DNA from: Erysipelotrichaceae bacterium
GTDB lineage: Bacteria > Bacillota_I > Bacilli_A > RFN20 > CAG-826
DNA: 52,921 nt
Assembly (NCBI GenBank): GCA_012518455.1
Contig: JAAYSA010000005.1
Location: 1-52,921 of the forward strand
Direction of reading: 5' to 3'
Below are positions 1-10,024 of the stretch, one piece after another (within the stretch, counting starts at the first letter, position 1; every line of letters begins with the position of its first letter). A program made the translations under genes and the position numbers. The notes below the pieces were generated by a model. It searched no databases. It had not been told where the DNA came from and worked only from the letters and a program-made list of their open reading frames with translations.

Positions 1-348
1 AGGACCAAAACTTTCCTCAGTACGGCCTTGACCTAATTTAACTGGGACAAATTCATTATTTGATGTATTTCCACCGCCTAAATTAAAATTAATTTTTACA
101 TCTTCATAACCTGTAGTATATTCTTCAACTTTATCTGGCATATTAGTCGACAAATAACTAAAACGAGTGTATCCAACCATGTTAGATTGACCAAAAAGAA
201 GTACCATTTGTGCTTCATTTTCAACTACCTCAATTGATTCGGTTGTTGTAGTCGATAGATTGTTAGAACTAATTTGAGGTTCATCATTTTGACATCCTAA
301 AATCAATATGCTTATAATTAGCAAAAATATACTCTTTTTTATTTTCAT
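1..348 (-). CDS. Lipoprotein, SASA/GQSNM-type carbohydrate O-acetylesterase family (3' end lies outside the window)
   Basis: Not in the ORF track because it runs off the window edge. My translation from the ATG at 348-346 gives MKIKKSIFLLIISILILGCQNDEPQ...LLFGQSNMVGYTRF. It has a signal peptide with an L-G-C lipobox and the GQSNM block typical of sialate-O-acetylesterase-like enzymes. An AAGGAGA RBS lies at 358-364. Confidence 0.6.
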   Translation of the reverse strand, partial: MKIKKSIFLLIISILILGCQNDEPQISSNNLSTTTTESIEVVENEAQMVLLFGQSNMVGYTRFSYLSTNMPDKVEEYTTGYEDVKINFNLGGGNTSNNEFVPVKLGQGRTEESFGP

Positions 349-379
349 ATGAATTTGTCTCCTTAAATTAATACTAATC

Positions 380-1279
380 TTATTTAAGTGTTTTATCAAT
401 TAGTCTTTTAATTACTCTAAGATCGCGTCGCCCTTCTCTTAAATTAATATTACAAACCCAAACATGAACTAAACCACGTCTAGCAAAGAGTTTTGTTTTG
501 ACTCCTTGTTCAAGAAGTCTTTTATACATTAATACACTATCATCATAAAGAATTTCTGACTTTGAAACAAAGATATAAATAGGACATAACCCTGCAAAAT
601 CGCCGTAAAGTGGTGCAACAAAAGGATTTTTTAGTAATTTTTCATCTCCTAATAGATATGTATCAACTATTTGTCTAATTATCGAATTTGTAAGAACACA
701 AGTCTTTTCGTTTTTTGTATAGCTTTCTAATTGTTGATCAAATTGTAAGCATGCTGATAAGGGAAATGCTAATCCAGGAATTGGTAATTTCTTTTCTTTT
801 ATTTTAAGTAAAGTAGCTAGAACAAGATTACCCCCAGCACTTCCACCAATTAAAACGATGTTTTTGCCATCATATTCTTTTAAAAGATACTCATATCCTT
901 TAACGCACTCATAAAGTCCTTCTGGAAATGGGTGTTCTGGTGCAAGCGGATAATTAATTCCGATTATATTGTATCCAAGTTTATCAACTACATATGTTAA
1001 ATAGGGTATATTCCTTTCAATATTTCCACCTGAAAATCCTCCTCCATGAATATGATAAATTATCTTATCTTTTGGATTAGATTCCTTTGTCATCAATAAA
1101 AAAGCACTTTTATTTAAATTAAATCGTTTTAAAGTTATTCCTTCTGGTACATCAAAAGGTTTAATCAAAACTTTATCAGCTTCTTCTCTCATTTTCTTAT
1201 AATCATATTTTTTATCTGGATCGTAAGGTTTTTTTCTTTTTAAAGCTTCCCTTAAAAGTTTTCTATTTAAAATACTCAT
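380..1279 (-). CDS. Alpha/beta hydrolase, hormone-sensitive-lipase-type esterase/lipase
   Basis: 299 aa. The HGGGF oxyanion-hole motif is followed by the GGSAGG nucleophile elbow (G-x-S-x-G), as in alpha/beta-hydrolase fold-3 esterases. Confidence 0.8.
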   Translation of the reverse strand: MSILNRKLLREALKRKKPYDPDKKYDYKKMREEADKVLIKPFDVPEGITLKRFNLNKSAFLLMTKESNPKDKIIYHIHGGGFSGGNIERNIPYLTYVVDKLGYNIIGINYPLAPEHPFPEGLYECVKGYEYLLKEYDGKNIVLIGGSAGGNLVLATLLKIKEKKLPIPGLAFPLSACLQFDQQLESYTKNEKTCVLTNSIIRQIVDTYLLGDEKLLKNPFVAPLYGDFAGLCPIYIFVSKSEILYDDSVLMYKRLLEQGVKTKLFARRGLVHVWVCNINLREGRRDLRVIKRLIDKTLK

Positions 1280-1376
1280 ATCTATTCTCCGTTCAAATCA
1301 GATTTTTTTAAAAGTGATTTATCGTTTTTATATAATTAAAACTATGCAAATTTAGGTTAAATATTGCAAAACGAAG

Positions 1377-2807
1377 TTATTTTACAACTTCCTCATATAA
1401 CGCAATATACTCTTTAGCCGATTTTTCCCATCTGTTGTCGACTCGCATTGTATTAAGACGAAGCTTCTTTAATAGTTCTTTATCTTGATAAATTTCAAGC
1501 GCAAATAATGTTGTTAGATTCATCCAATAACGATTGTATTCATCAAAGACAAAACCTGTAGCTTCATCTTCGTTTTGACCATCATAACCAATTACAGTAT
1601 CGTTGAGTCCGCCTGTTCTTCTAACAATTGGAAGAGTGGCGTAGCGCATCGCAATCATTTGCCCAATACCACATGGTTCAAATAATGATGGCATAAAGAA
1701 GAAATCACTTGCAGCATAAACACGGTGTGCTAGTTGATTGTTATAGCCAATATAGATAGCCATTGTATTTGGATATCTAGCACGAAGTCTTTCAAATTCT
1801 TGTTCATAACCATATTCGCCGCTTCCAACAATAACGACACTCGCGCCTTTTTGTAAAACTAGTTCGGCTGCTTCTAAAACAAGATTAATGCCTTTTTGCC
1901 AAGTTAAACGCGAAACCATCCCGTATAAAGCTTGTCCATGATAATCAATATTTAATTCTTCAAATAATAGTTTCTTTAGTTGTTCCTTACGATTAAGCGA
2001 ACGGTTAGAAAAATTAAGTGGTAGATTAGGATCTTTAAGTGGGTTAAATTCTTGATAATCGATGCCGTTGAGAATTCCTACAAAATCATCACGCCGTAGA
2101 TTAATTATTGGGTCAAGACCTTTAGAACCTTCTGGAGTTAGAAGTTCACTAGCATGAGTTGGTGAAACAGTTGTTATTTTATCAACAGTCATAATTGCAG
2201 CTTTTAAAGAACTCGCTCGATCATTAAATCTAAGAAGACCATTATCATATAGCCTAATTGGCAAGCCATAAAAATCAACAATTAAATTAGGATCAAACAT
2301 TCCTTGGAAGGCAGGATTATGAATTGTAAGAACAAATTTCATCTTTTTATAAAATGGTTGATCTTTATTTTGCTTTTTAATTAATACAGGTAACATACCA
2401 GGTTGCCAGTCATGAACATGAATGATATCTGGTTTTAATTTAATTACTTCTAGCATATTTCTTACCGCAAGAGTAAAGAAAGCAAAACGTTCCATATCAT
2501 CGTAGTATCCATAAAGACCTTCACGAGCAAAATAGTATTCATTATCAACAAAATAAAAGGTAATTCCATCTAATACTGTTTTAAAGATTTTTGCTACTTG
2601 TTCTCTCCAACCAAGAGAAACAGGAACACTAGCAATAAATCGCATTTGTAAGTTTTCAGTTTGCATCAAAGAACCATATTTTGGTAATACGATACTTACT
2701 TCATGTCCTAAAACAGCTTGTTCTTTACTAAGTGCATACACAACATCAGCAAGACCTCCCGTTTTTGCAAATGGGTTAGACTCGCTTGTAACCATTAAAA
2801 TTTTCAT
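1377..2807 (-). CDS. glgA: Glycogen synthase (ADP-glucose type)
   Basis: 476 aa. The N-terminal MKILMVTSE..PFAKTGGLADVV motif is characteristic of GlgA. It lies immediately downstream of glgC/glgD with a 1-nt overlap. Confidence 0.93.
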   Translation of the reverse strand: MKILMVTSESNPFAKTGGLADVVYALSKEQAVLGHEVSIVLPKYGSLMQTENLQMRFIASVPVSLGWREQVAKIFKTVLDGITFYFVDNEYYFAREGLYGYYDDMERFAFFTLAVRNMLEVIKLKPDIIHVHDWQPGMLPVLIKKQNKDQPFYKKMKFVLTIHNPAFQGMFDPNLIVDFYGLPIRLYDNGLLRFNDRASSLKAAIMTVDKITTVSPTHASELLTPEGSKGLDPIINLRRDDFVGILNGIDYQEFNPLKDPNLPLNFSNRSLNRKEQLKKLLFEELNIDYHGQALYGMVSRLTWQKGINLVLEAAELVLQKGASVVIVGSGEYGYEQEFERLRARYPNTMAIYIGYNNQLAHRVYAASDFFFMPSLFEPCGIGQMIAMRYATLPIVRRTGGLNDTVIGYDGQNEDEATGFVFDEYNRYWMNLTTLFALEIYQDKELLKKLRLNTMRVDNRWEKSAKEYIALYEEVVK

Positions 2808-3925
2808 TAGACTATATCTCCTTCCTTAATATAGGCAATATTATTAACAGTGCCTCTAATTTCTTTAATTTTTGTAACCTTAACTGCCTTATCAATTACA
2901 CAGTACTCTAATTCACGATTTGGCCCAATTTCACAATCAGTTAAAATGATACATTTATCAATTTTAGCTCCTGGTAAAACATGAACATAACGAGATAGTA
3001 TTGAATTTGTTACAGTTCCTGCAATTTTACTTCCATTAGCGACAAATGAATTACGAACATATGCTGATTCATCATATTTTGCAGGTGGAGTATCGTGCGT
3101 TACTGTATAAATTGGCCAATGTTCCAAAAATAGTTCTTTTCGCATAGTGTAATTTAGTAGTTCAAAACTATATTCAAAGTAATGATCAAGAGAATCAAAC
3201 GAGCGTAAATAACCACGATATTCATAAGCATGAAAACGTTCTCCTAATCCAAGTCGATAAGCAATAACATCATAAATCGAAAAGAATGCACTTAGATTTT
3301 TTGCTTCTTTTAATAGTTCTTTAAACTTATCCATATTAATAATAAGAGTTTCCATTGAAACATTAACACGGTCAAAAGCACCCTTGTTTTGAGCAATATT
3401 TGTAATTAAGCCATCATTATTTATCGTAAATGTTGAAGCATCAATAAAATGTTCGCGAGCATTATCAACTTCTTTATACATCATTGTAATTTCTGCGTTA
3501 TTACGAATATGATTTTCAATAACAGGTCTAAAATCAATTGGTGCAATAAAGTGTGTTGGTGCAATTATGACATAATCAGGATTAGCTTGTCTTAAAATCC
3601 ATTTGTTTTCTAAAATATTTGCAATATCCGTATTATAGCGTTCACCAAACTTAATTCCTTGTTCGTTATAGGCGATAACTTCAAATCCGTTTTTAGTATT
3701 AACATTCCAAATATTTCGTGAACCAAGGTGTTTTAAAATTGAACGAGGATGCTTTTTTACTAAAGTAGCAACCATATCAATACCTGAGTTTGAAAAATTT
3801 GAAAGCATAAAGTCCATAAAAGCATAACGACCAAGAAAACTTGTTGAAGCAATACTTCTTCGTTTCGTTAATGGACCTAGTTCAGGTGAGTGGTGTAAAT
3901 TTAAAATTCCTAAAATATTAGCCAT
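2807..3925 (-). CDS. glgD: Glucose-1-phosphate adenylyltransferase regulatory subunit GlgD
   Basis: 372 aa. It is a paralogue of the adjacent GlgC (alignable N-terminus and C-terminal left-handed beta-helix repeats) but lacks the GGxGxRL signature. The glgC-glgD-glgA order is as in Firmicutes. Confidence 0.8.
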   Translation of the reverse strand: MANILGILNLHHSPELGPLTKRRSIASTSFLGRYAFMDFMLSNFSNSGIDMVATLVKKHPRSILKHLGSRNIWNVNTKNGFEVIAYNEQGIKFGERYNTDIANILENKWILRQANPDYVIIAPTHFIAPIDFRPVIENHIRNNAEITMMYKEVDNAREHFIDASTFTINNDGLITNIAQNKGAFDRVNVSMETLIINMDKFKELLKEAKNLSAFFSIYDVIAYRLGLGERFHAYEYRGYLRSFDSLDHYFEYSFELLNYTMRKELFLEHWPIYTVTHDTPPAKYDESAYVRNSFVANGSKIAGTVTNSILSRYVHVLPGAKIDKCIILTDCEIGPNRELEYCVIDKAVKVTKIKEIRGTVNNIAYIKEGDIV

Positions 3926-3933
3926 ATTCCCTC

Positions 3934-5052
3934 CTATTTATGCACCAAGACGATTTCGTCGTTACCTAAATTTTCTTCACGCTTTTCTGCAATTGTAATA
4001 TTTGGTGCAACAATTACATTATGAAGTTTAGCCCCACGCTTTACGGTAACGCCAGGCATAATCACACTATTTGTAATAAGACACTCTTCTTCAATTATCA
4101 CTTCATTACTTATTACACTATGATGAACCGTACCTAAAATAATTGCGCCTTGATTAACAATTGATTGCGTAACATGGCCTTCTCTTCCAACGTAATGAGG
4201 GACACTATGAGTGTCTTCACCATAAATCTTACTGCGCGAACGAATTGTTTCAAAATAAGGTTCATCAACCATTTCAATTAAATCCATATTTGCTTCCCAA
4301 AGAGACTTAATAGTTCCAACATCTTTCCAATATCCATCAAATTGATAAGCAAATACACGTCTTTTTTTAGCAAGCATGTTTGGAATAATATTTTTTCCAA
4401 AATCATGTTCGCTATTTGGATCAACACTATCGCTTAAAAGTTCTGCTCGAAGTGTTTTATATTTAAAAATATATATTCCCATGCTTGCTAAGGTTGATTT
4501 TGGTTTTTTAGGTTTTTCTTCAAATTCAATAATACGGTCATTATCATCAACGCTCATAATGCCAAAGCGACTTGCTTCTTCAAGCGTTACATTTAAGACG
4601 GAAATTGTTAAGTCAGCTTTCTTTTCAAGATGAACACTTAACATTTTTCGATAATCCATTTCATAAATATGATCACCTGAGAGAATTAGAACATGTTCAG
4701 GGTTTTGAGAATCTAGGAAGGCAATATTTTGAAAAATAGCGTCCGCTGTTCCAACAAACCAGTTACTTCCTTCTTCGGTTTGCTTGGGCGCAATAGCAAC
4801 TGCAGAAGAGCGAACACCGTTTAGTCCCCATTTTTCGCCGTTACCAATATAGCCTGCTAAATCAATACTTTCATACTGTGTTAAAACACCAACTGTATTG
4901 ATATTTGAGTTTGAACAATTTGACATTACATAGTCAATAATGCGATATTTCCCACCGAAAAATACAGCAGGTTTAGCATTCTTTTTTGTGAGCTCGTAGA
5001 GGCGTGTACCTTTACCTCCTGCTAAAATCATTGCAACAATTTGTTTACTCAT
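3934..5052 (-). CDS. glgC: Glucose-1-phosphate adenylyltransferase
   Basis: 372 aa. It has the ILAGGKGTRL nucleotide-binding signature, FFGGKYRIID, and a C-terminal hexapeptide-repeat region. A GGAAGGA RBS lies upstream. Confidence 0.93.
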   Translation of the reverse strand: MSKQIVAMILAGGKGTRLYELTKKNAKPAVFFGGKYRIIDYVMSNCSNSNINTVGVLTQYESIDLAGYIGNGEKWGLNGVRSSAVAIAPKQTEEGSNWFVGTADAIFQNIAFLDSQNPEHVLILSGDHIYEMDYRKMLSVHLEKKADLTISVLNVTLEEASRFGIMSVDDNDRIIEFEEKPKKPKSTLASMGIYIFKYKTLRAELLSDSVDPNSEHDFGKNIIPNMLAKKRRVFAYQFDGYWKDVGTIKSLWEANMDLIEMVDEPYFETIRSRSKIYGEDTHSVPHYVGREGHVTQSIVNQGAIILGTVHHSVISNEVIIEEECLITNSVIMPGVTVKRGAKLHNVIVAPNITIAEKREENLGNDEIVLVHK

Positions 5053-5070
5053 TATTCCTTCCTTTCTTTT

Positions 5071-5937
5071 CTAAATTGGATTTTTTAATAAATAGACTAT
5101 TCCTAATTCTAATAAATCCATTTCTTGTTTAATTTGATAAAGGGTTTCTTTATCTAATTTTTCAAGAAGAATTAAGTGTTTTTCTTTAAAACGCGGAGCA
5201 ATTAAAAGGGCGTAATACGAAGGTGAACTAACTAGAGCGAATGGCGTTTTTAAACCTTTAGAAAATTCTTTTACTCCATTTAAAACTGTCTCATTAACTC
5301 TGTTAATATTGCGCATTTCATTGGTAAATAGTGCAAAATCGCCTTTTTTTACATGATCGAATTGAATAACTTTTTCACTTCTAAAATTGCGTGGCGTTGG
5401 GAATGTATCATTGCGAATAACAATGTATTCATTACTTTCTTCTTTTTTAAGAAATAGGGCAGTAACAAGTTTTTTATCTTCTAAATAAAACGAAAGTAAA
5501 TAAAAGATTTTATTTAAATATGAAATCTCGTATGTACGTTGGAGTGTGGCATTTTTTATATCAAAAAGTTCAAGAAAATGACGATAAATTTCAGAAATAA
5601 CAGCTTTTTTATTTTTCTCCTTACTAATATCATGCATAACGATATTTGGATTAAGAACTTTTCTTATTTCTTCTAGCATTATTCGCTGTTTGCTAATGTA
5701 GTAAAGAGCAAAGAAAACGATATATAAAGCTAAGCATAAAAGTGTAAAAGCCATAATTAATAGCCCCCTAGAAAGAGCATCATCTCTAGTGGTAATTAAG
5801 CCATAATAATTTAGACCCTTAAAAATAGCATATAAAAATACGCCTATTGCAACACCAATAAGTCCAAATAAATAAACTTTTATCATCGTACGTTGCCGCT
5901 TTTTTATTAGCGTCGACAATGCATTATGGATGTTCAT
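5071..5937 (-). CDS. Membrane protein of unknown function (two N-terminal TM helices plus a roughly 200-aa soluble domain)
   Basis: 288 aa. Hydrophobic segments are IKVYLFGLIGVAIGVFLYAIF and LLIMAFTLLCLALYIVFFALYYI. I recognise no catalytic motif. It has a GGAGAG RBS and sits 18 nt upstream of glgC, so it is probably the first gene of the glg transcript. Confidence 0.6.
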   Translation of the reverse strand: MNIHNALSTLIKKRQRTMIKVYLFGLIGVAIGVFLYAIFKGLNYYGLITTRDDALSRGLLIMAFTLLCLALYIVFFALYYISKQRIMLEEIRKVLNPNIVMHDISKEKNKKAVISEIYRHFLELFDIKNATLQRTYEISYLNKIFYLLSFYLEDKKLVTALFLKKEESNEYIVIRNDTFPTPRNFRSEKVIQFDHVKKGDFALFTNEMRNINRVNETVLNGVKEFSKGLKTPFALVSSPSYYALLIAPRFKEKHLILLEKLDKETLYQIKQEMDLLELGIVYLLKNPI

Positions 5938-5964
5938 GTTTTCTCTCCTCTATCATTGTAGCAT

Positions 5965-5989
5965 AAAAAAAAGACCATAAAGGTCTTTT
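5965..5989 (-). terminator. Rho-independent terminator after the SMC-like gene
   Basis: The plus-strand stem is AAAAGACC (5969-5976), loop ATAAA, GGTCTTTT (5982-5989). On the minus-strand transcript the hairpin is followed by a U-run (plus-strand A-run at 5965-5972). Confidence 0.75.
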
Positions 5990-5993
5990 CTTT

Positions 5994-8900
5994 TTATTTT
6001 GTTGTAAGCTTATCTAATTCAGCGTATAAGTGAACGCTACTTGCCTTCCGTCCACGCAAGACAACGAGCGTTTCATCAACTAATTCAGATATATCTGCTA
6101 CTTTATCACTTGGAGCAGATAAGATTGCTTGTAAGTTAAATTTTCTAAGGAGACGAATTGATTCTTTAATTCTTCCGCTGTCCATTTTAGAGAACGCCTC
6201 ATCAAAGATAATAATTCGTGAAGTATTACCAAGTTCTCCGCCATCATTAACGCGATAGAGTTGAGCAAATGAGGCAAGAACTGCAATATAAAATGGAGTT
6301 TGTGTTTCGCCACCCGACTTCTTCTTAAGCATTTTACTTAGACGTTGAGTTTGTCCAGTCTTATCTTTAACTATTAAGTCAAAGTCAAGATAATTTCGGT
6401 AATCTGTAAAGCGTTCAACATTAGCAAGAACGGCAGCGTTTTGATCACCAGATTTACTACTTAAGACAATTTGAGCAAATAAATCTTTCATAACATCGTC
6501 ATATTTTTCAAAGAAGGCACTATCGTTATCGGTGACTTCTAGAAGAAGATCATCTTTAATCATGTCGTAATATTTACGGTAAACTGCACTTGGATTAACA
6601 GTGAAATAATAAGAGTCATTTCCAAATGTAGAAGCACTTAAGGCATCATTTAGTTCGATGATTTGATCTTCAACCGTTTCGATTGCGTTACGAAGCTTAC
6701 TAATAAAGTCATCTTTAAACTGTTTAACAGCTTTTTGATAAGCATCATGAATTTTAACTTCATATTCTGGTAGTTTAACTTCTTTTAAATCATTTAGTTC
6801 ATCATCATAGATGACATTATCGGTTGAGTTTGTATCATAGGTAAGACGATAATCAAGCGTATATTCTCTTCGTAATTTTACAAGTTGCGTAAAGACGTTA
6901 TTAACTAAGTATTGTGCATGACCAAACTTAACACGATATTCCGTATTAATATCAATCGGACTCATACCTTTTTCTTCTAATTCTTTAAAAGCAGGTTCTG
7001 CTACATCATTGACAAAGAAAACATCAAATTCTTGATTAATTTTTTCAAGCCTTTCTTTACATACTGCTTCTACTTCTGGAATGCGATCATTTAAAAGCGT
7101 ATTAATTTGGGTGTTTAATTTACCTCGCTCTTCAAATAGCGCATTCTTTTCTTCTTCTAGGGTTGCAGTATCTTCATCAATTAAATCAATTCGCTTTTGA
7201 AGACTTTCAATTTGACTTAAGTCATGCTTAGCTAACTCACTATCTAGATAAACTAGCGTTTCTTTAAGTGGATTAAGTTCCATTAAGCGTTCGATGAAAT
7301 TAGCAATATTATTAATTTCGTTTGTGTTAATGATTTCTAAATTATTAGCACGAGAAATTAACTCATATAATTTTTTGTAGTTATTAATTAAACGGGTTCG
7401 CTCTTCAATTTCAAGCCGTTTTTGGTTAATTTGTGCCTCTTCTACCGCTCTACCAATAAATGAGGGTGTATATAGACGAGGATTTAATTTACCAAAACTA
7501 AAGTTTCGATAAAGGTCACAATCGGCTGTAATTCCATTTCCAGAAGCTCTTGCTTCTTCAATCGTTGCACATTTTTGAAGTCGGCCAATTAAGAAGTTTG
7601 TATAAGCTTCTGCGCCAAGATGATCGGTAATAATTTCTTCTGCTAAAGAATTCTTATAGGCTTCAAAACGGCGCTCAATAATTCGTTCTTGGTCAACAAG
7701 GGTTGTCCCATAATAGTGATAGCGATCAAGTAAACCACGAAGAATGTTATAAGCTTCTAAATAATATTCTGGTTCAACAAATAAATTGAACTTTTGACTA
7801 TATAGGAAGCCTTCAATCGCATTTGTCCATTTTGGATTTTTAATATCGATTAAATCAGCAAAAAACATTACTTCAATTTTACGGTTATGACGCGAGCTTA
7901 GTTCATTTTGAAGTTCGTTTCGAATTTGAACTAGCGAGCGCTCATAGGCTTTCCCGCCGTGACGAAGGTCAATTTCTTGTTGCTTAGCATAAGCGTTTTC
8001 TTCTTCAATTTTATTAATTGTTCTAGCAAGTGAGATAAAAAGAGCACTAACTCTTTGTTTAAATAGTTGAAGAGCATCTCGCCAAACATTAAGTGCTTTT
8101 GAATCTAGCTTTGTTAGATCATTTAACCCGATATCTTTTAGTTTTTGTGATTCGCTAATTACTGTAAGAGCACTATTGTTTAAGGCTTCAATTTCACTTC
8201 GATCATCTCTTGAAAGAAGATCAAGATTAAATGTTTCAAGCATCTCGCTAATTTCCTTAGCAACAATACTAAAGCGAGTTATATATTGTTCAAGATCATT
8301 TTTAATACTTAAATTGGCGAATTCAAGTTCAGCAATTTTCTTTTTCGTTGCTTCTTTTTGCTCCATTAACTCATCAGTAATCTTATAGGTAGAGTCAGTT
8401 GCACTTTCTTGAATAAGACGCATTTTTCTGCGGCGAAGTTCAGCAATATTTACATCAACATCTGCTAAATCACTTTCAAGATTAACAAGACGCTTTTTAG
8501 CATTTTCAATTTGAGTTAAATAACTATCAAGGCGGTTTTTATCATTTTGATAAGTGGCTTTTTCAATAATATATTCAAAAAGCGCCATATTGCTCTTATT
8601 GTGTAAATATAGATCGTATGTGTCTTTAATTTCAGTTAAGCGTTCAACACGCTTTTTCATAACAAGAGCTTCATCTTCAAGTTTCTTATACTGGAGAATA
8701 TTTTCTTGCATTGGAATAATGTCAATATTTTGTTGTGGATCGCAGACATATTCAGTAATAAATGTCGTAATATCAGTAATTGGAGTAAAACTAACTGCTT
8801 TCTTTAAAAGAGAGAAATAGCGATCTTTTAATCCGCCTAATTGACGTTTAAGTGCATCTTGATATTGGCGATTACTATCAAAAAATGTATATTTATTTGG

Positions 8901-9377
8901 ATAATTTTCACTAAAGAACTGTGAAAGATCTTTGTACTCCATAGGTAAATCATCAACGATAAATTCGTTTTCTGGAATCTTATCGTTTAAAAGAAAGAAG
9001 CGATGATCATTAGTGCCGTCTTCATAAGAATCAAAAACAGCTCCTAATGTAAAGGAGACGTCATTTATATCATCATAAAATTCAAGGGCAAGATAGCTTG
9101 TAAAGCGACCGTTACGAAGATAGTGGAAACCGCCATCATCGGTATCACCAAGTTCACCGCGTAAATATCCTTTTAGAGTTCGATTACTTTTATCCATCGC
9201 TGCTTTATTAAAGAAGCGACCACTTGTATCACCCAAAAGGATAACTTGAAGTCCGTCAATTAAAGTCGATTTACCGCTCGCGTTAAGACCAGTTAAAAAG
9301 ACGATTGGTTCGATATTAATTGTTTCATTCCAAAAATAGTGCCAATTTATAATTTTAACTTTTCGTAAGAGTTTCAT
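5994..9377 (-). CDS. SMC-like ATPase, JetC/MksB-type (long coiled-coil ABC-type ATPase)
   Basis: 1127 aa. The N-terminal head is MKLLRKVKIINWHYFWNETI..FLTGLNASGKSTLIDGLQVILLGD (Walker A). About 800 aa of heptad-rich, charged sequence follows. The C-terminal head has KKKSGGETQTPFYIAVLASFAQLY (signature motif), IIIFDEAFSKMD (Walker B) and QAILSAPSDK. It has a 4-nt ATGA overlap with the preceding gene. Confidence 0.85.
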   Translation of the reverse strand: MKLLRKVKIINWHYFWNETINIEPIVFLTGLNASGKSTLIDGLQVILLGDTSGRFFNKAAMDKSNRTLKGYLRGELGDTDDGGFHYLRNGRFTSYLALEFYDDINDVSFTLGAVFDSYEDGTNDHRFFLLNDKIPENEFIVDDLPMEYKDLSQFFSENYPNKYTFFDSNRQYQDALKRQLGGLKDRYFSLLKKAVSFTPITDITTFITEYVCDPQQNIDIIPMQENILQYKKLEDEALVMKKRVERLTEIKDTYDLYLHNKSNMALFEYIIEKATYQNDKNRLDSYLTQIENAKKRLVNLESDLADVDVNIAELRRRKMRLIQESATDSTYKITDELMEQKEATKKKIAELEFANLSIKNDLEQYITRFSIVAKEISEMLETFNLDLLSRDDRSEIEALNNSALTVISESQKLKDIGLNDLTKLDSKALNVWRDALQLFKQRVSALFISLARTINKIEEENAYAKQQEIDLRHGGKAYERSLVQIRNELQNELSSRHNRKIEVMFFADLIDIKNPKWTNAIEGFLYSQKFNLFVEPEYYLEAYNILRGLLDRYHYYGTTLVDQERIIERRFEAYKNSLAEEIITDHLGAEAYTNFLIGRLQKCATIEEARASGNGITADCDLYRNFSFGKLNPRLYTPSFIGRAVEEAQINQKRLEIEERTRLINNYKKLYELISRANNLEIINTNEINNIANFIERLMELNPLKETLVYLDSELAKHDLSQIESLQKRIDLIDEDTATLEEEKNALFEERGKLNTQINTLLNDRIPEVEAVCKERLEKINQEFDVFFVNDVAEPAFKELEEKGMSPIDINTEYRVKFGHAQYLVNNVFTQLVKLRREYTLDYRLTYDTNSTDNVIYDDELNDLKEVKLPEYEVKIHDAYQKAVKQFKDDFISKLRNAIETVEDQIIELNDALSASTFGNDSYYFTVNPSAVYRKYYDMIKDDLLLEVTDNDSAFFEKYDDVMKDLFAQIVLSSKSGDQNAAVLANVERFTDYRNYLDFDLIVKDKTGQTQRLSKMLKKKSGGETQTPFYIAVLASFAQLYRVNDGGELGNTSRIIIFDEAFSKMDSGRIKESIRLLRKFNLQAILSAPSDKVADISELVDETLVVLRGRKASSVHLYAELDKLTTK

Positions 9378-10024
9378 TCTTCATCCTCCTCACTAATAGA
9401 GTCAGTAAGTTTGTCGCGTGCTGCTAATTCTTCTAACGCATTACTCATTGCAACAATTTTTTCTGAATCAACAGCATATAAAATCGAGGGTAGTAAATAG
9501 AAAGAAACATTTCCTTCATCATAACTACCACTTACTTTATCAATAACATTATGTTGAGCAAGTATTCTTAATGAGCGTCCAATAAGGCGACCATTAACTC
9601 TTTTCCCTGGCATTTGAATACCGCGATTATGCATTACCTTTAATACAAATGGCGTGGTTAGATATAAACTATCGCTACTTTGATTAGATTCTGTTCGTTC
9701 TGTTTCATAAATTAGGCGTAAGACAAAAAGAATTAATGATACTTCGCGGTCAAAACGAATACGGTTTTGACCATATTCATTAATTAAATTAAAAACGCCG
9801 CTGATAAGATCTTTTTCTACTGTCCAACCACTAAAAGAGAGATAGTCATTAATTAAATCATAATGTCGTTCAAGAAAACGAAAATCAGGATTAATTTTTA
9901 TCGTCTTTTCCCGGCGATCATAATAATCCCGTACACAAAAAGATGATAAAAGTAAGTTGTTAACAACGCGAGCAAATTCATCTTGATCTTGCCGCGATAA
10001 TTGTAAAATTTGTTCAGTTCCCAT
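9374..10024 (-). CDS. JetB/MksE-like (DUF4194-like) small subunit, putative KITE partner of the SMC-like ATPase
   Basis: 216 aa with an acidic C-terminal tail (SEEDEE). It is translationally coupled on both sides (TAATG at 10022-10026, ATGA at 9374-9377). Its size and middle position match jetB/mksE. The family assignment rests on context and general sequence character and is not a verified alignment. Confidence 0.55.
   Translation of the reverse strand: MGTEQILQLSRQDQDEFARVVNNLLLSSFCVRDYYDRREKTIKINPDFRFLERHYDLINDYLSFSGWTVEKDLISGVFNLINEYGQNRIRFDREVSLILFVLRLIYETERTESNQSSDSLYLTTPFVLKVMHNRGIQMPGKRVNGRLIGRSLRILAQHNVIDKVSGSYDEGNVSFYLLPSILYAVDSEKIVAMSNALEELAARDKLTDSISEEDEE

Noticed and set aside
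5071-5937. The 288-aa membrane protein as the missing fourth (JetD-like) component of the SMC module.
   Set aside because: It has no Toprim-like or other nuclease motif and is much shorter than JetD. It is separated from the ATPase gene by an intrinsic terminator and is tightly linked to glgC. It is kept only as a low-probability alternative in the findings.
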